DNA of 64,000 nucleotides from Gnetum montanum (lineage: Eukaryota; Plantae; Gnetophyta), in contig MNCI01000596.1 in assembly GCA_015680685.1 (NCBI GenBank), positions 748,612-812,611 of the forward strand. Reading direction: 5' to 3'. This document shows positions 1 to 11,919 of the stretch, piece by piece. The position numbers and the translations under genes are program-made. The notes beneath the pieces were generated by a model that made no database searches, was not told the DNA's origin, and saw nothing but the letters and a program-made list of their open reading frames with translations. Within the stretch, counting starts at the first letter, position 1; each line of letters opens with the position of its first letter.

Positions 1-2156
1 AATACTAGGTAAAGAAAAACCATCCTTGATGGTTACCTTATTTAGGTCCTAGAAATCAATTCAAATACATACACTCTCATTTTTCTCAAGGACTACCACT
101 ATGTTGGATACCCTTTCCACATAATCAATAGCTTTGATGAAACTAGCTTGGTATAGTTTTGTGATTTCATCATGAATTACCATAGCCAAATTAGGTCTAA
201 TCTTGAGAACCTTTTGCTTAACTAGTGTAGTGGTAGGATTGAGTATGAGGTTATGTTGGACTAAACATGGGCCTAGACCTATCATATCTTCATATGACTA
301 GGAAAATACCTAAATGTTGTCTTTTAGGACCTTGGTGATGTCTTGAACCTATTGAGGTTCCAATGAGGAACTTAGTTTTAGGGTTTTCTCCTCACCACTA
401 TGTGTCATAATAGGAATCTCAACTAGAGAGTCTTCAATATTGTTGCTAGCCTCTAGGTTATGGGTTTTGACTAGGTTTTTAGGCCACTCTAAAGGTTTCT
501 CTATTGAGGCTATGTGGTTGAAAAGACTCTTAGGCTCAAGAACTAGGTAGCTAGGATTGATACATTATTCAACATCACCATGAGGACCACTTAGGCTTCA
601 AGGTATACTAATTTGCTCCCCAGTACTCATACTCCAATCCTGTATGTCAACCATAAGCACATTAAATGACACATAGGTAAACATGAGTAAATAAGACCAA
701 CTCACTATAAAATTATGCAAATACATGTTATTTCAATGCTAAACAAAATACAAACGAGGCCAACCAATGTTATAAGAGCTAGAAATAGGTAAGTAAGATG
801 GAACAAAGGTCAAAAAAAGATCAAAAAAGGTTAAAAAAAGTTGAATCACAATGGAAGTATGAAAAATAAGGTCAAATATGGTTAACTATTGTTACATTTT
901 GCCAGTTTAAGGCATTGCCAAGCCATGTTGTCAGTTGTAAGCCTTAGCAAGCCACATTGCCAATTCAAGGCCTTAGTGGGCCATGGCTACATAGTATCAA
1001 ATGTTGGTCAGGGATGGTCAAACCCCATCACTCAACACCATTCAAAGGCTAAACAAGGATCAACAGAGGCCATAATAGAGAAAATAATGCAAATATGATG
1101 AAATGAAAGTAATGTATAGGCTAAATATGATCAATTGATGGAGAAAAAGGTCAATAATGCATAACATGGGTCAAAATAGGTCAAAACATCATGAAATAAG
1201 GTTAAATCTATCAAAATGAAATACATGTGATGAAAATTTATTAATATTGGTCAAACAAGATTGTATTTTGCTAGTTTTAGGACTTAGTGGACCATGGTAT
1301 AAGGCTACAAGGATCATAGTTGAGTTTGCACAACTATTGGAGCTATTTTAAGGCTATTTAGGCCAAAAACTCAAGGTTTTCTAAGTATTCATGCTAGACC
1401 CACACTAGACCCACATTGGCCAACATGGATGGGGTGACCCCCAGAATGGTGGAATTTCTAGATAGTTTCCTAGGTTGGTCTTGCGTAGTTTTCAACTCTT
1501 GAAGACTTGCATAATTAGTGTAGTGGACTGGGAAATGAAATAGGTTAATTATGGTATCAATTTCATCCTCTGAAAACCTCCATTGAGGCTTGGATTTGCC
1601 ACCCACACTAGAGAAATGTTGGCTATCATGAACAAAACATGGCTACCAAGAAAAATGGATTTTGTAGCATCTAGAGCATCACAATTGGTGTTCTATGGCC
1701 TTCCTAAGGTAGCATAGGGTCAAAACAATCAAGATTTATCACTTTGGTGGTTGAAACTAGAAAAAATAGGTTTTGAGGTTATGCCTTGCAGAACTATCCT
1801 AGCCATCATGAATGGAAGGTGTTCTCAACATGGGAAATCTAGATCTAGGTTATTATGGGTCAAATAAGGTTAATATATGACTAGATCTAGGGCTTTCTTT
1901 CTATTGTCTTCCTTGCCAAGTTTTGAGGCTATCAGAGAGGTGTAATTCATGTGGAATTGAGTTGGTAGCTCCACCCATGCTAGGGCCACATTTGCTAGTG
2001 TGGCTCAGTGTGGAAACTCTTACTTTTATGTTTTAGGATGAATTTAGAGTCAAATCGACCAATTTTTTAGGCTTTTAGGGTTGCAAATAGTAACATCTAA
2101 TGTTTTTAGTCAAAACTAGCTAGGATTGATGGTTATTTGAGATAAAGTATGGTTAT
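1..2156 (-). mobile_element. Outer (older) Tat-type Ty3/gypsy copy, left part: start of RT, pre-pol region, part of repeat array
   Basis: The reverse complement aligns by eye to ~24300-26340. ORF 61..285 (VQHNLILNP...KIRPNLA...DYVERVSNIVVV) is the RT N-terminus and is paralogous to ORF 25962..26327. Confidence 0.85.
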
Positions 2157-3618
2157 TGAAACACACCAAAATTTGCATATTGTAATCATTTTTCATCATG
2201 TAGCCTTCACCCCATGAAACTCAAGGCAAAAAATCATTGTAAATGTGAAGATTATAATCCATGGGGGGCAATCTCACATATTTCATACTTTTTGGAATTG
2301 AAAATGCCTCATAAGTGGTCAAAGCATCATCCCCTGAGTGTAAAAAGTCATGTATTATCAATATTTGAGCTTGGGAGGGTAAAAAATGCCTTTTGATATG
2401 CCAAAAAATGGTAATTTGATGGATTTTATGAGGGCTATACACTTATCTATGCTAGAAACACCTACAAGCAATAGATCTCACCTACCCTTAGCATGGAGGG
2501 ATGTGGGTCACCTACTCTTGGAATAGAAAGAAAGACCTTAGCATGGAGGAAGGATGGATTCACAATGCCTAGTGTAGAGTGATGTAACTTTCCCTCTAGA
2601 CATGGAACCTTCACATCCTCAATGTAGAAACTGCATGCTCGTAGCATAGAAACTTCATAATCAAGATTTCAATGTTGCATTGACTCTAGCTAGGATCTTG
2701 CATGCCAGAATAGAAGGTTGATGGCTTAGCATGGAAGAACAAAGCTAGCATAGATGGTATGCCCTTGTTACTATTTATAGTAAACAAAATAGCCATGAGG
2801 ATTTGGAACTTTCCATACATAGTAACCCCTCAAATTGAGCACCCATCTCACCTGTACATGGCAAAAATTTGTAGAAATTTGCAGTCAATATGTTAGCTAT
2901 TTGTAGTCAATTTATAGCCCCGATCATGGCCCAATACCTCTAAAAAAATCTCAAACACCATTTTGAGGTTCCAAATTGTTTTCATTTACATGCTTTGGCA
3001 TTTGTAGCATTTGAGAGCTCTTGCATACTTGTAGAAAAGTAGCTACTCAAATCCCCCTCATCATGGAACTTCCTATGGCCTTGTAACACCCATTACTGCT
3101 TGAGATTTATGATTTTTTATCTTTACATTGCACTCTTAGGATCCTCAACACCTAGCATAGAGCACTTTGGTAGCCAAATCCTTCATCCTTCTCAACCCCC
3201 CTAGTAGTAGCCAATGTTGTAGATCTAGAGTAGAAGTAGAGGAGGTTTGATAGCATCAGGAGTGGTAGGACATCTAGATCATAGAATTGATTGCATTGGT
3301 TTCAATAGATCTTGAACCCTTATACAAGTGAACCCCTTTTTCTCTCCCATTGGCATATCTTGTATACATCCCTTGAAATTATTCTTTGTTTTTTAAAATA
3401 AATTTTTAGTTTTGTGTGCAATTTATATTTTCTTTTGATTTTAGATTTGCATTCTTCTTTTTACATTATTCATTTTGCATTTCATAAGTCCTTGAGTAAT
3501 CTGCCAGACCATCATGGGCACCTTGGATCCCATTTTTTGAAGGCCCTTGGGATTTGGGGTTAAGGTAGTTGCATCGAGACTTTCAGTTTTTCAATGATCA
3601 AATTTTCCAATTGCAATA
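2157..3618 (+). repeat. 5' LTR of Tat element
   Basis: Begins TGAAACAC and ends TTGCAATA (decayed ..CAACA). Colinear with 30425-31869 over its full length. Confidence 0.88.
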
Positions 3619-3624
3619 GTTTTC

Positions 3625-3641
3625 TAGTGCTAGAAGAAGGG
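3625..3641 (+). promoter_or_regulatory. Primer binding site, complementary to the plant tRNA-Asn 3' end (decayed TGGCGCTAGAAGGAGGG)
   Basis: TAGTGCTAGAAGAAGGG just after the LTR end. The same motif follows the LTR at 54298-54314. Confidence 0.75.
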
Positions 3642-6544
3642 CCTCTATCCAATTTATTCATCAAAATTAGTTTGTCCCATAGCCAACATTACTCTCCTAG
3701 CTAAAATCTACATTTTTCTTACACCAAAAAACCTTTGAATCTATTCATAGCCAATGCTACCACTCACATCATTGTATCAAAATCCTTAGCATGGAAGTTG
3801 TAGGTACATGGGTTTTGGATTTTCATAATACCTACTATGAATTCCTTGCCCAAAACTAGTGTTGGTATGGTGTTGAATCTATCTCAACTTGGCCACCAAA
3901 ATTTTCTTATTTTTCTAACATTTGTGGTTTTCACAATGAAACCTCCATTCCTCTTCCTAGCTATGTAAATTGATAGTCTACCAAAATTACTTTTTTGTGG
4001 GAAATCTAGGTTACCACTTTGGTTCTAAACCCCTCTCCTTTTTACCAATGTTGGCTAGGAAGGTGTGAGATCTTCCTATCTCACCCCTCCCTTCCATTCC
4101 CTTACTACACCTAGCATAGGTGCAGCTAGGAAGCCCAATGTTGGTGAAATTTAGAACCATATTCTTGGCTTTTCAGTTTTAGCAAAGGGGTGTACCTCCC
4201 TTAACGTCCACTTACTATTTATACTAAGTATCCCATTTTCAGCCATGTTTGCTTCTTTTAGTCATTTTTAAATTCCACTTGCTAGAATTTACTCCTTTTT
4301 TCATCTTTTACAACCTATCCTAAGCCCTTTTTTAGCATCACAGCCATATCTATCCAATAGTTGACCAAGTTTCCTTTCACATTTATTGATAGTGGATCTA
4401 GCCAACAAGCCATGAGGATATACTATCATTGAGGGTAGGAAATCTTTCAGGGTTAGGGGTTGAAGTCCTGAATTCTCAACCATAAATAAGGATTGCTACA
4501 ATTAAAGTTGTGCTAAAATGTAGGCTAGCATGCTGATTCCATGTGTGAAAGAAAAAACCAAAAGAGAAATTGAACTCATACATTGAAATGGGAAGGAATA
4601 CATCCCTTTCCCATATTATCAAATTCCCCTCAATGATGCCTATGCTTGCATCCTATCTCAGTTGATTAAGATGGATGAAGAGGATCAAAAGCATAGCTTG
4701 GAGGAGTAAGAGGAGGAGGAGGAGTTTAAGAAAAAATCAAAGTCCAAAAATATCCTACTTGGGTTGTTCCAATAAACATCCCCTAACGCCATAGTGCCTT
4801 CCTCTACCTCTTTTGTTTTCTCCATGGGCTAGGTGTCACCATCCTGTACCCCTTCCTATCCAATCACAGTCAATCCAATAATGGTCATTGCTATGCATCA
4901 AACACAATCAGTGCTATAGGCTACTACATTTTATTTTTTCATGTCATTCATCACATAGCCTTGATTTGTGTGGCCATCAATAATGGTTGTCACCACCACA
5001 AACTTGTTGACCACTCATGTGGGGATCATCATGGTACCCCAAGCAACCTAGGGATCACATAACCCCTTTGTTCCCCAAATACCAGCATAAACATCTTTCT
5101 CCTTATTTGTCCCATTGACTACAACTATAATGCAACCTCTCCCCTTCCTACAACAATTGATAGCAAGGCTATAGGCTGTCCAACAAATTTCACAATCATT
5201 TGTGCAAACCTTTTAACTGATAAGGGCACCACAAGGCCTAGATTAGGCCTTTTAAATGATCTAGGACCTAATAGAGGAATTGAAGAGGCTTAAAGCCTCT
5301 ACATCTCAAAGAGTCAAGATCATGGAATTTTACTAGGATGAACCCATCAATCTTATGGTCCCACCCTTGATGCTTCCTCTTGGTATTCCTATCCATTAAT
5401 TTAGCAAGTACAATAGAGAAGGTGATTCGAATGCTCACCTTATTACCTTCCACACTAAGTGCTTGCTATTGTAACCATGGCCACACATCGTAATAAGAAT
5501 TTTCCCTATGTTCTTAATTGGAAAAGTGCTTGACTGGTGCCATGCCCTACCTAGAGGATATACATCCTCCCTTGAGGACTTGATAGTCCAATTTGTCAAC
5601 CACCTCAAGTATAACTTAAAGCCTAACACTCTACTTGACCAATTGATGAAGGTCAAGTAGGCAACTCTTGAACTGGTGTAGAAGTTCATCCAACAATGAA
5701 ATAGTATTTTCAATGATATGATGAAGCCTATAGCCAAAAACCACCTTTTGGCTATATTCAAGGTGATGGTAAATGACTTTAACAAGTCCAAGCTGTATTA
5801 CCTTGTCCCATAGTCACTTAGTCAAGTGTTCTCCTAAATCAAAAACATAGAGAACATTGTAGAAGCTAACCATGACCCTACTTACATGGAATATAAAAAC
5901 TAGCACACATGGAGGGATAAAGAAAATGGTAGATAAAATAATGTAGTTTTACAAACACTATCCAAAAAAGCCAAAACTGCTAACCAAGGGACAAGAAACA
6001 ATAAACCCAAAATCCCTACTAACAATTGTGACAACTAGCCATCAACCTTTGGGGAAACTACATCAATTATACCTAGGCCTAACTTTGAGTGGAAGGATAG
6101 GAGAAAATATGCTATTTATCCTTTTGTTGGGGACCATTTGGGACGCGACCACCAGCGAGTGTCCTTGAACAGGATTTAGGTGCCTACTGGTCTCTAGTAA
6201 CACCAAGGCCTAGATACCTCAAAATAAACTCAGTAGTTAATGTGAGTATGTGTGTGTGCTGTTGCGGTGTGCGGTTGTGAGAAATGTAACGATTGCGTTG
6301 CGTGTAAACTACCAATGACTTACTTTAAAGAGATTCAGCCAACTTTGCCGAGTACTGTGAGTTGTTGAAAATTTCCTATTTTGTTCAACTGCCTAGTCTA
6401 CGCGGTCCTTATAATACCTACTTGTAACAAATAAAATTTTGTAAAAACATTTGAGCACAACTCCGAAATCTACTCCTAATTTTCCCTAGAGAAAGAGATA
6501 GATCCACAAGAAAACTAGAAATAGAGCAAGATTTGATGGAAATA

Positions 6545-7039
6545 NNNNNNNNNNNNNNNNNNNNNNNNNNNNNNNNNNNNNNNNNNNNNNNNNNNNNNNN
6601 NNNNNNNNNNNNNNNNNNNNNNNNNNNNNNNNNNNNNNNNNNNNNNNNNNNNNNNNNNNNNNNNNNNNNNNNNNNNNNNNNNNNNNNNNNNNNNNNNNNN
6701 NNNNNNNNNNNNNNNNNNNNNNNNNNNNNNNNNNNNNNNNNNNNNNNNNNNNNNNNNNNNNNNNNNNNNNNNNNNNNNNNNNNNNNNNNNNNNNNNNNNN
6801 NNNNNNNNNNNNNNNNNNNNNNNNNNNNNNNNNNNNNNNNNNNNNNNNNNNNNNNNNNNNNNNNNNNNNNNNNNNNNNNNNNNNNNNNNNNNNNNNNNNN
6901 NNNNNNNNNNNNNNNNNNNNNNNNNNNNNNNNNNNNNNNNNNNNNNNNNNNNNNNNNNNNNNNNNNNNNNNNNNNNNNNNNNNNNNNNNNNNNNNNNNNN
7001 NNNNNNNNNNNNNNNNNNNNNNNNNNNNNNNNNNNNNNN
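6545..7039. other. Assembly gap (N run)
   Basis: Run of N. Confidence 1.
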
Positions 7040-7267
7040 AGGACCATGACAAAGAGGCTGAAATCTTTACTCTAGCAAGCCATCTTGCAAGCAATCGTCT
7101 TTACAAATCTTCCAAGATCTCAAGTGTGATGTGTGAGATCCAATGTGTCATCCTGATCCTCCTTCCTCCTTGACCCCTGAAGCCTTTTTATAGGGTTCAA
7201 AGGTAGGTAGGGAAGTTACAAAATATCTTGGGTGGTTTAACCACCATAGAGATAAAAAAGCTACAAT

Positions 7268-7466
7268 GGACAAGTGTCCTATTCCATGGCCAAGTGTCTT
7301 CATTCAGTTGCCAAGTGTCTTCATGTAGTCGCCAAGTGGTCACCATGGAGATAAACAAGTTGTAGGTGACAAGTGTCCTTGGTGGTTGAGAAGTAGCCCA
7401 TTTAGTTGACAAGTGGCCATTTTGGGGACAAAAAGGCTATAGTTGACAAGTGGCCTTGGTGGTTAC
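7268..7466. repeat. Short degenerate repeats with a CAAGTG core (U3-like enhancer array)
   Basis: (G/C)(A/C)CAAGTG(T/G)C recurs about 7 times. Several copies are ~21 bp apart, just upstream of the minus-strand TATA-like box. Confidence 0.6.
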
Positions 7467-8002
7467 AATATCATAGAAAATTAAAATACAATCACTAGGT
7501 TACATAGAAATATAAGCTATAGTTGCAAATTACTCCATACATATATATCCTCTTTATCTTGCTTTTTCTTAGCAATATAGGAGGTGGCAGTTGGATGGTA
7601 TTATAAAATCATGTAATCTAACCCTCAAAAACACATAAACATTTTTCCAACAGGGCCTTTGTTTATCAGAGATTTGCTATTTGATTTGTTCTTTGTGAAG
7701 TAAACAAATATTCAAGCCTAGATCCAGGTACTTCAAATCTTGATCTCTCCTTGTGGCAGCGTCCAAGAGTGTGTGCTCTTGAGAGAAAAATGATCTCCTT
7801 TATAAAGAAAATATAATTTTCCAAAGTTATCAGTATGCAGTTAAACTAACTGTCCGATAGTTTTTTCTATGCGTAGCCCATCTCCACAGCTTATGCTTCG
7901 CTCCACCGAACTTGTCTCGTCCACTATTTCACTGCCACTGCTCTACCTTGGACTTGAATCAATCCAAAAAACATGGAACAGCCAAAACCTAGCCAGATCA
8001 TG

Positions 8003-8422
8003 TCAATTGTGAGTGAGTTGCCCACTGGCTGCACCTCCTGCTGCTAGATCTGCTACCGCTAATCTTCCGCATGCGCGTAGTCCTCCTGCTGCTGCCTCTT
8101 CCTGTTGCTTGAAGAGATTGATAGGGAACAAATGTGAAGGTAATGAAAGGGGCCACCTAAGAGTGACATAGGCTTTTTTGTAGTCAGGCTTGGTGAAGAA
8201 GAAACCGCGACACTTCTTTTTACCGACAATGTTAATGGTGTTGACGTTCTTGACCTGGAAGCCGTAGAGCGACTCGAGCACCCCCTTGATTTCGATCTTG
8301 CTCACTGATGGTATCGTCTTGAACGCAATTTCTTGTATGTTTTCACAGCTCGACAGCATCACCAACTTTAATGGCAAATTCGCAAAATGAATCACTCGCC
8401 TCCGCAGAGAATTGCTTGCCAT
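8003..8422 (-). pseudogene. RPL23: Captured copy of the nuclear-encoded mitochondrial ribosomal protein uL23 (ORF open, aberrant C-terminus)
   Basis: MASNSLRRRVIHFANLPLKL...KTIPSVSKIEIKGVLESLYGFQVKNVNT...PDYKKAYVTL matches the plant mitochondrial L23 family. ATG at 8422. Confidence 0.85.
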
Positions 8423-8654
8423 TTTGTTTCTTTCGATTTTGCCTCTGCTTCGGTTTCTCCTCACGCTAACACCTGCAACTGCGATCGAGTTTGAGTTCGA
8501 ATTTAGGTTTCTATGTTTTCGCAGGTAACCCTACCCTCACTGTTCTACTGGAAATTTTGATTCTAACTGGAAACCTACAAACCCTAACCACCGGCTGCCT
8601 ACGCTTGGTCCGCTACTGCTCCAAACAAATTTCCACTAAAGAATGATGAAAATA

Positions 8655-8880
8655 TGTCAAACGGGTCATGGGAAGGAGTATGGATGTGTAGCAGCTACTC
8701 ATGGTGAGCCTCCATAGCCTAAACCTCCACGTAGTGTCCGAGAACGCTGCTATCTCGCAGGTGATCGTAAACAGCCCGAATGCGTTCCAGCTGCTTCGGA
8801 TGATCATCCTCGGCCTCGTAAGTCCCCTCTCCATAGGCGTGCTGGCACATGCGCTTGTCATACACTACACCCACCCTTGT
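8655..8880 (-). pseudogene. Captured fragment of a class II (HDA5-like) histone deacetylase N-terminal region
   Basis: TRVGVVYDKRMCQH...DHPKQLERIRAVYDHL...LLHIHT resembles RVGLxYDERMCKH..HPExPxRI..L..VH of class II HDACs. Two in-frame TAG stops. Confidence 0.8.
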
Positions 8881-9024
8881 GCTTCTGTTGATGCCTTTGT
8901 CACTGCTCCAACTCTTGCTAATGACGTCGCTGCTACTGCCACCATTGCTCTGCGCGTCCATCTCTCTGGATCGACCTCGCAATTCTCGGTGGCTGCGACT
9001 GTGCAGCGCGGTCTCCTTACCTTG

Positions 9025-9360
9025 GTTTAGTTTTTTATATTCCCTTTTCAAAAGTCGATGGTATGTTTTTTGAATTTATTTTTTTCAGATGCTTGGCTTT
9101 TAATTCATTGCGAAACAGTAGGCTCCGAATCTTTGCAAGCTGCCCCTGGCGTTTGTTTACATCCTCAACTGTCACCTTATTTAACTCTAGAATGTCCACA
9201 CCATCTTTGTTTTGGGCATCCACCATGCCTTTATCCTGAAGCAAGGATGTGATTTCCTTTTCTAGTTCTATCTTTGGTTTGAATTCCATTGCTATAGTCC
9301 TAGTACTAGTTTTCAGCACATTTATCTTTTTATCAAACCTAATTGTTGATGACTCTAGGC
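9025..9360 (-). pseudogene. UTP14: Captured internal fragment of U3 snoRNA-associated protein 14
   Basis: EFKPKIELEKEI...LELNKVTVEDVNKRQGQLAKIRSLLFRNELKAKHLKKINSK, then a frameshift to YHRLLKR. This is the conserved Utp14 segment. Confidence 0.85.
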
Positions 9361-9362
9361 TC

Positions 9363-9465
9363 ATTTTTGCCCGAATGCCAACAAGGGATGAAATCCCATA
9401 GAATGGTATGATTTTTGCCTATGGGAAACATGGTCCTTGGAAGGAGGCTCTACAAATTTTTTGTA
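9363..9465 (+). pseudogene. Captured PLS-class PPR motif fragment
   Basis: IFARMPTRDEIP*NGMIFAYGKHGPWKEALQIF matches the PLS PPR consensus FxxMPxRDxxSWNAMIxAYAQHGxGxEALxLF. Confidence 0.75.
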
Positions 9466-10799
9466 TTGGTTGGTTCAAGGATGCAAGTTGAACAAGGCCT
9501 CTAAGATTTTGGGACATTCAACCATGCCTTTGTGGATGTGAACCAATTAGCAAAAGCTTGTCTTAATCGACATGGTAGACTTCAAGGTGAAGAAACAAAA
9601 TCTCAACAATCTCTTTTAAATTTTTCAAAAATCACCATAACCTTATAACGTCTGTTCCATTGAATGGCCAAAATGTGCCAACACCTTTAAAGCCATATGA
9701 ACTCTTGGATCAGTTTCTAAAGAGTGAAAGAATTCAATATGAGAAGATGTCTAAAGTTGCTCATAGAAAACATGAGAGGCTATGTGAGATAGCTAAGGAT
9801 CCCACTCAAGCAACCAAGGATGACCCCCAAATATCTAAATATTTGAAGCTCAACTACTTCTATCATTATCATCAATTTCTTGGTCATGACATTGACTTCT
9901 ACCTTACATTGAAAGATGGCCTACAAAGGATGATAGACAAAGGTAAGTTGATCCTTGATGCATCCAACCGTTTCCAATCCCAAAATTAGTTGATGCATAT
10001 GTATAAGGATCTATTGAATGCTAAAGATCAATCACACATCATATCATTGCTCAATATTGATGATAATCAGAGGTCCATGAGGGAACTATTTATGGTTAGA
10101 GTATCCTCCCATGATGAGAGGGCCTCTTCAGCTTTCAATAGCTTAAGATCCCCTTTTCTTGTAAAAATACCACCATGCATGCTTCCCAAGGAACCTTTTG
10201 TCATTAGGCCACCCCAAACAACCATAGTTCAACCAACTATCATAACCATAAAATGACCTCCCATGGTGGTCAATGCTATAGCCTCTTCGTCACAACCAAT
10301 AAACAATAACCAAAAAGCCTCAACCAAGAAAAGGAAGAAGAATAAGAAAAATCCTAACAACATAGGTGACAAGTAGGCCAAGGCATAGAAGGAAGTGGGC
10401 CCCATGAATTGCACTCCCATATTTTCTATCTCCATGACCTCCTCTATCCAGCAAACCATAGGAGGACCACAAAACCTTGATCTGAAAGAAAAAAGAGAGA
10501 TTCCAATAACAACAACCTAAGGTTAAAGTTCACATTTTGTGGTACGTGAAGGAAGTAAAGAATAACTAGGTTAACAAGCCCATGGCCAATGACAAGAACT
10601 TTCTTAGTGCAATGGAATAGGTCAATTAGTCCCTTAAGCAAAAGAACACAACTTTGAGCTTGTATGACCTAATCATGTTAATGAGGATATCCTAACTAAT
10701 GAGGAGTCCATCCATGCAGTGATGGTTCATTCTTCACCAAGGGAGAAGAAGTCAATGTCGCTAGTGTTTCATGATAGTGAAATCAAGGTTAGTCCCCAA

Positions 10800-11200
10800 A
10801 ATGGTGAAGTAACTAGGTCTCCTCTTTTCATCACAATGTAGGTGGGAAAGTTTAAGGTGCATTGGATGCATGTTGATGATGGTTCCACAACTAATGTTAC
10901 CCCATGCACCATTGTTGAATGCTTAGGCTTGTCAAAGCAAATACATCATACAATAACCATAGCTCTCAAGTCCTTCAATGGATCATGGGTTGGTGTTAAG
11001 GGATCAATCTCCTTGGATTTTATGGTAGGGGAGTAGTTCCCCATAATTGTTAATTTCTTGGTGGTAGATGAAACACCAAGATTCAACCTAATCCTTGGAA
11101 GATATTGGTTGGCTCAATTGCAAGGCATATCCTCACCCATCCACCAAGAGATTTACCTTCCTTATGAGGGAGGTGAAATCATCATTCATGGTAATAACAT
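10800..11200 (+). pseudogene. Retrotransposon aspartic protease of the Tat element
   Basis: MHVDDGSTTNVTP (D-x-G-S motif)...LKSFNGS...FNLILGRYWL. Confidence 0.8.
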
Positions 11201-11919
11201 GGTCCTGCTAGTAGTCAACAATGTGGATATAGAGTAGGGATCTAAAGTGGAGTTTCAAGAAGAAACTCCTAGCCATGAAGTCTAACAACCCAAGAAAGAG
11301 AAGAAGGCCAAGAATAAAAACGATGTGTAACATGATGCATTATGGGATGAGCTTCCCTTCAACATCATTAGTGAAGGAGATGGAGAATACAAACTTGTGT
11401 AGAGAATGCCTTAGATGTTTCCTAATCTTTCAAAGATTAGGAAAATTTTGCACAAAGGTGCATCCTTGATCCTTCCATGTTATACCCTTGTCACCTTTGT
11501 AACCATGCACCAATAGCTAGTTAGCCTAGATTTCCTTTATTACCTATTGATTCTTTTATCTACTTTGTTTTAACCTTTTTTAGTATGTAGCCTAAAGACT
11601 TTATTTTATTTGCATTTCTATTTTTTATGGCCTTATTTCTTCTTTATTTTCCTTGTTTAGCATGATGTAAACCAGAAAACCCATAAAAACTTCAAAATAG
11701 AAAATTGCCAAAAACAAAAAAACAAAATTTCCACCATGAGAGTGCTCTCAAAGAGCTAGTAGGCATTCTCTAGCTAAATTCCCTAAATGAATAGCTCTCT
11801 CTTATGTTTTTCAATTGACTCCTTTTGAGCCACTTTAAATAAGCTTCCCAATTAGCCTTATATTGTCATCTATGATCCTTTGTGTCTTACCCCACTCTAG
11901 GATCCATGCACTATGGTCT

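Larger units (their letters stand above)
6125..9683 (-). mobile_element. LTR-type insertion (solo LTR or gap-collapsed element) carrying captured host gene fragments
   Basis: Ends are TGTTGG...CCAACA with a perfect 5-bp TSD CCTTT (6120-6124, 9684-9688). Host gag rejoins across the insertion. Minus-strand TATA-like CCCTATAAAAAGG at ~7182-7195. Contains an N gap. Confidence 0.8.
5270..10400 (+). pseudogene. gag: Tat gag (retrotransposon gag domain), interrupted by the 6125-9683 insertion
   Basis: Plus frame at ~5490-5640 reads IRIFPMFLIGKVLDWCHALPRGYTSSLEDLIVQFVNHL. It resumes after 9688 (YHQFLGHDIDFYLTLKDGLQRMIDKGKL). Many stops. Paralogous to 62638-64000. Confidence 0.75.

Noticed and set aside
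6418-7094. Long ORFs spanning 6418-7094
   Set aside because: Artefacts of translating the N gap.
8003-9465. A genuine host gene cluster (RPL23, HDAC, UTP14, PPR)
   Set aside because: Three of the four are short internal fragments with stops or frameshifts, abutting each other inside a TSD-flanked element.
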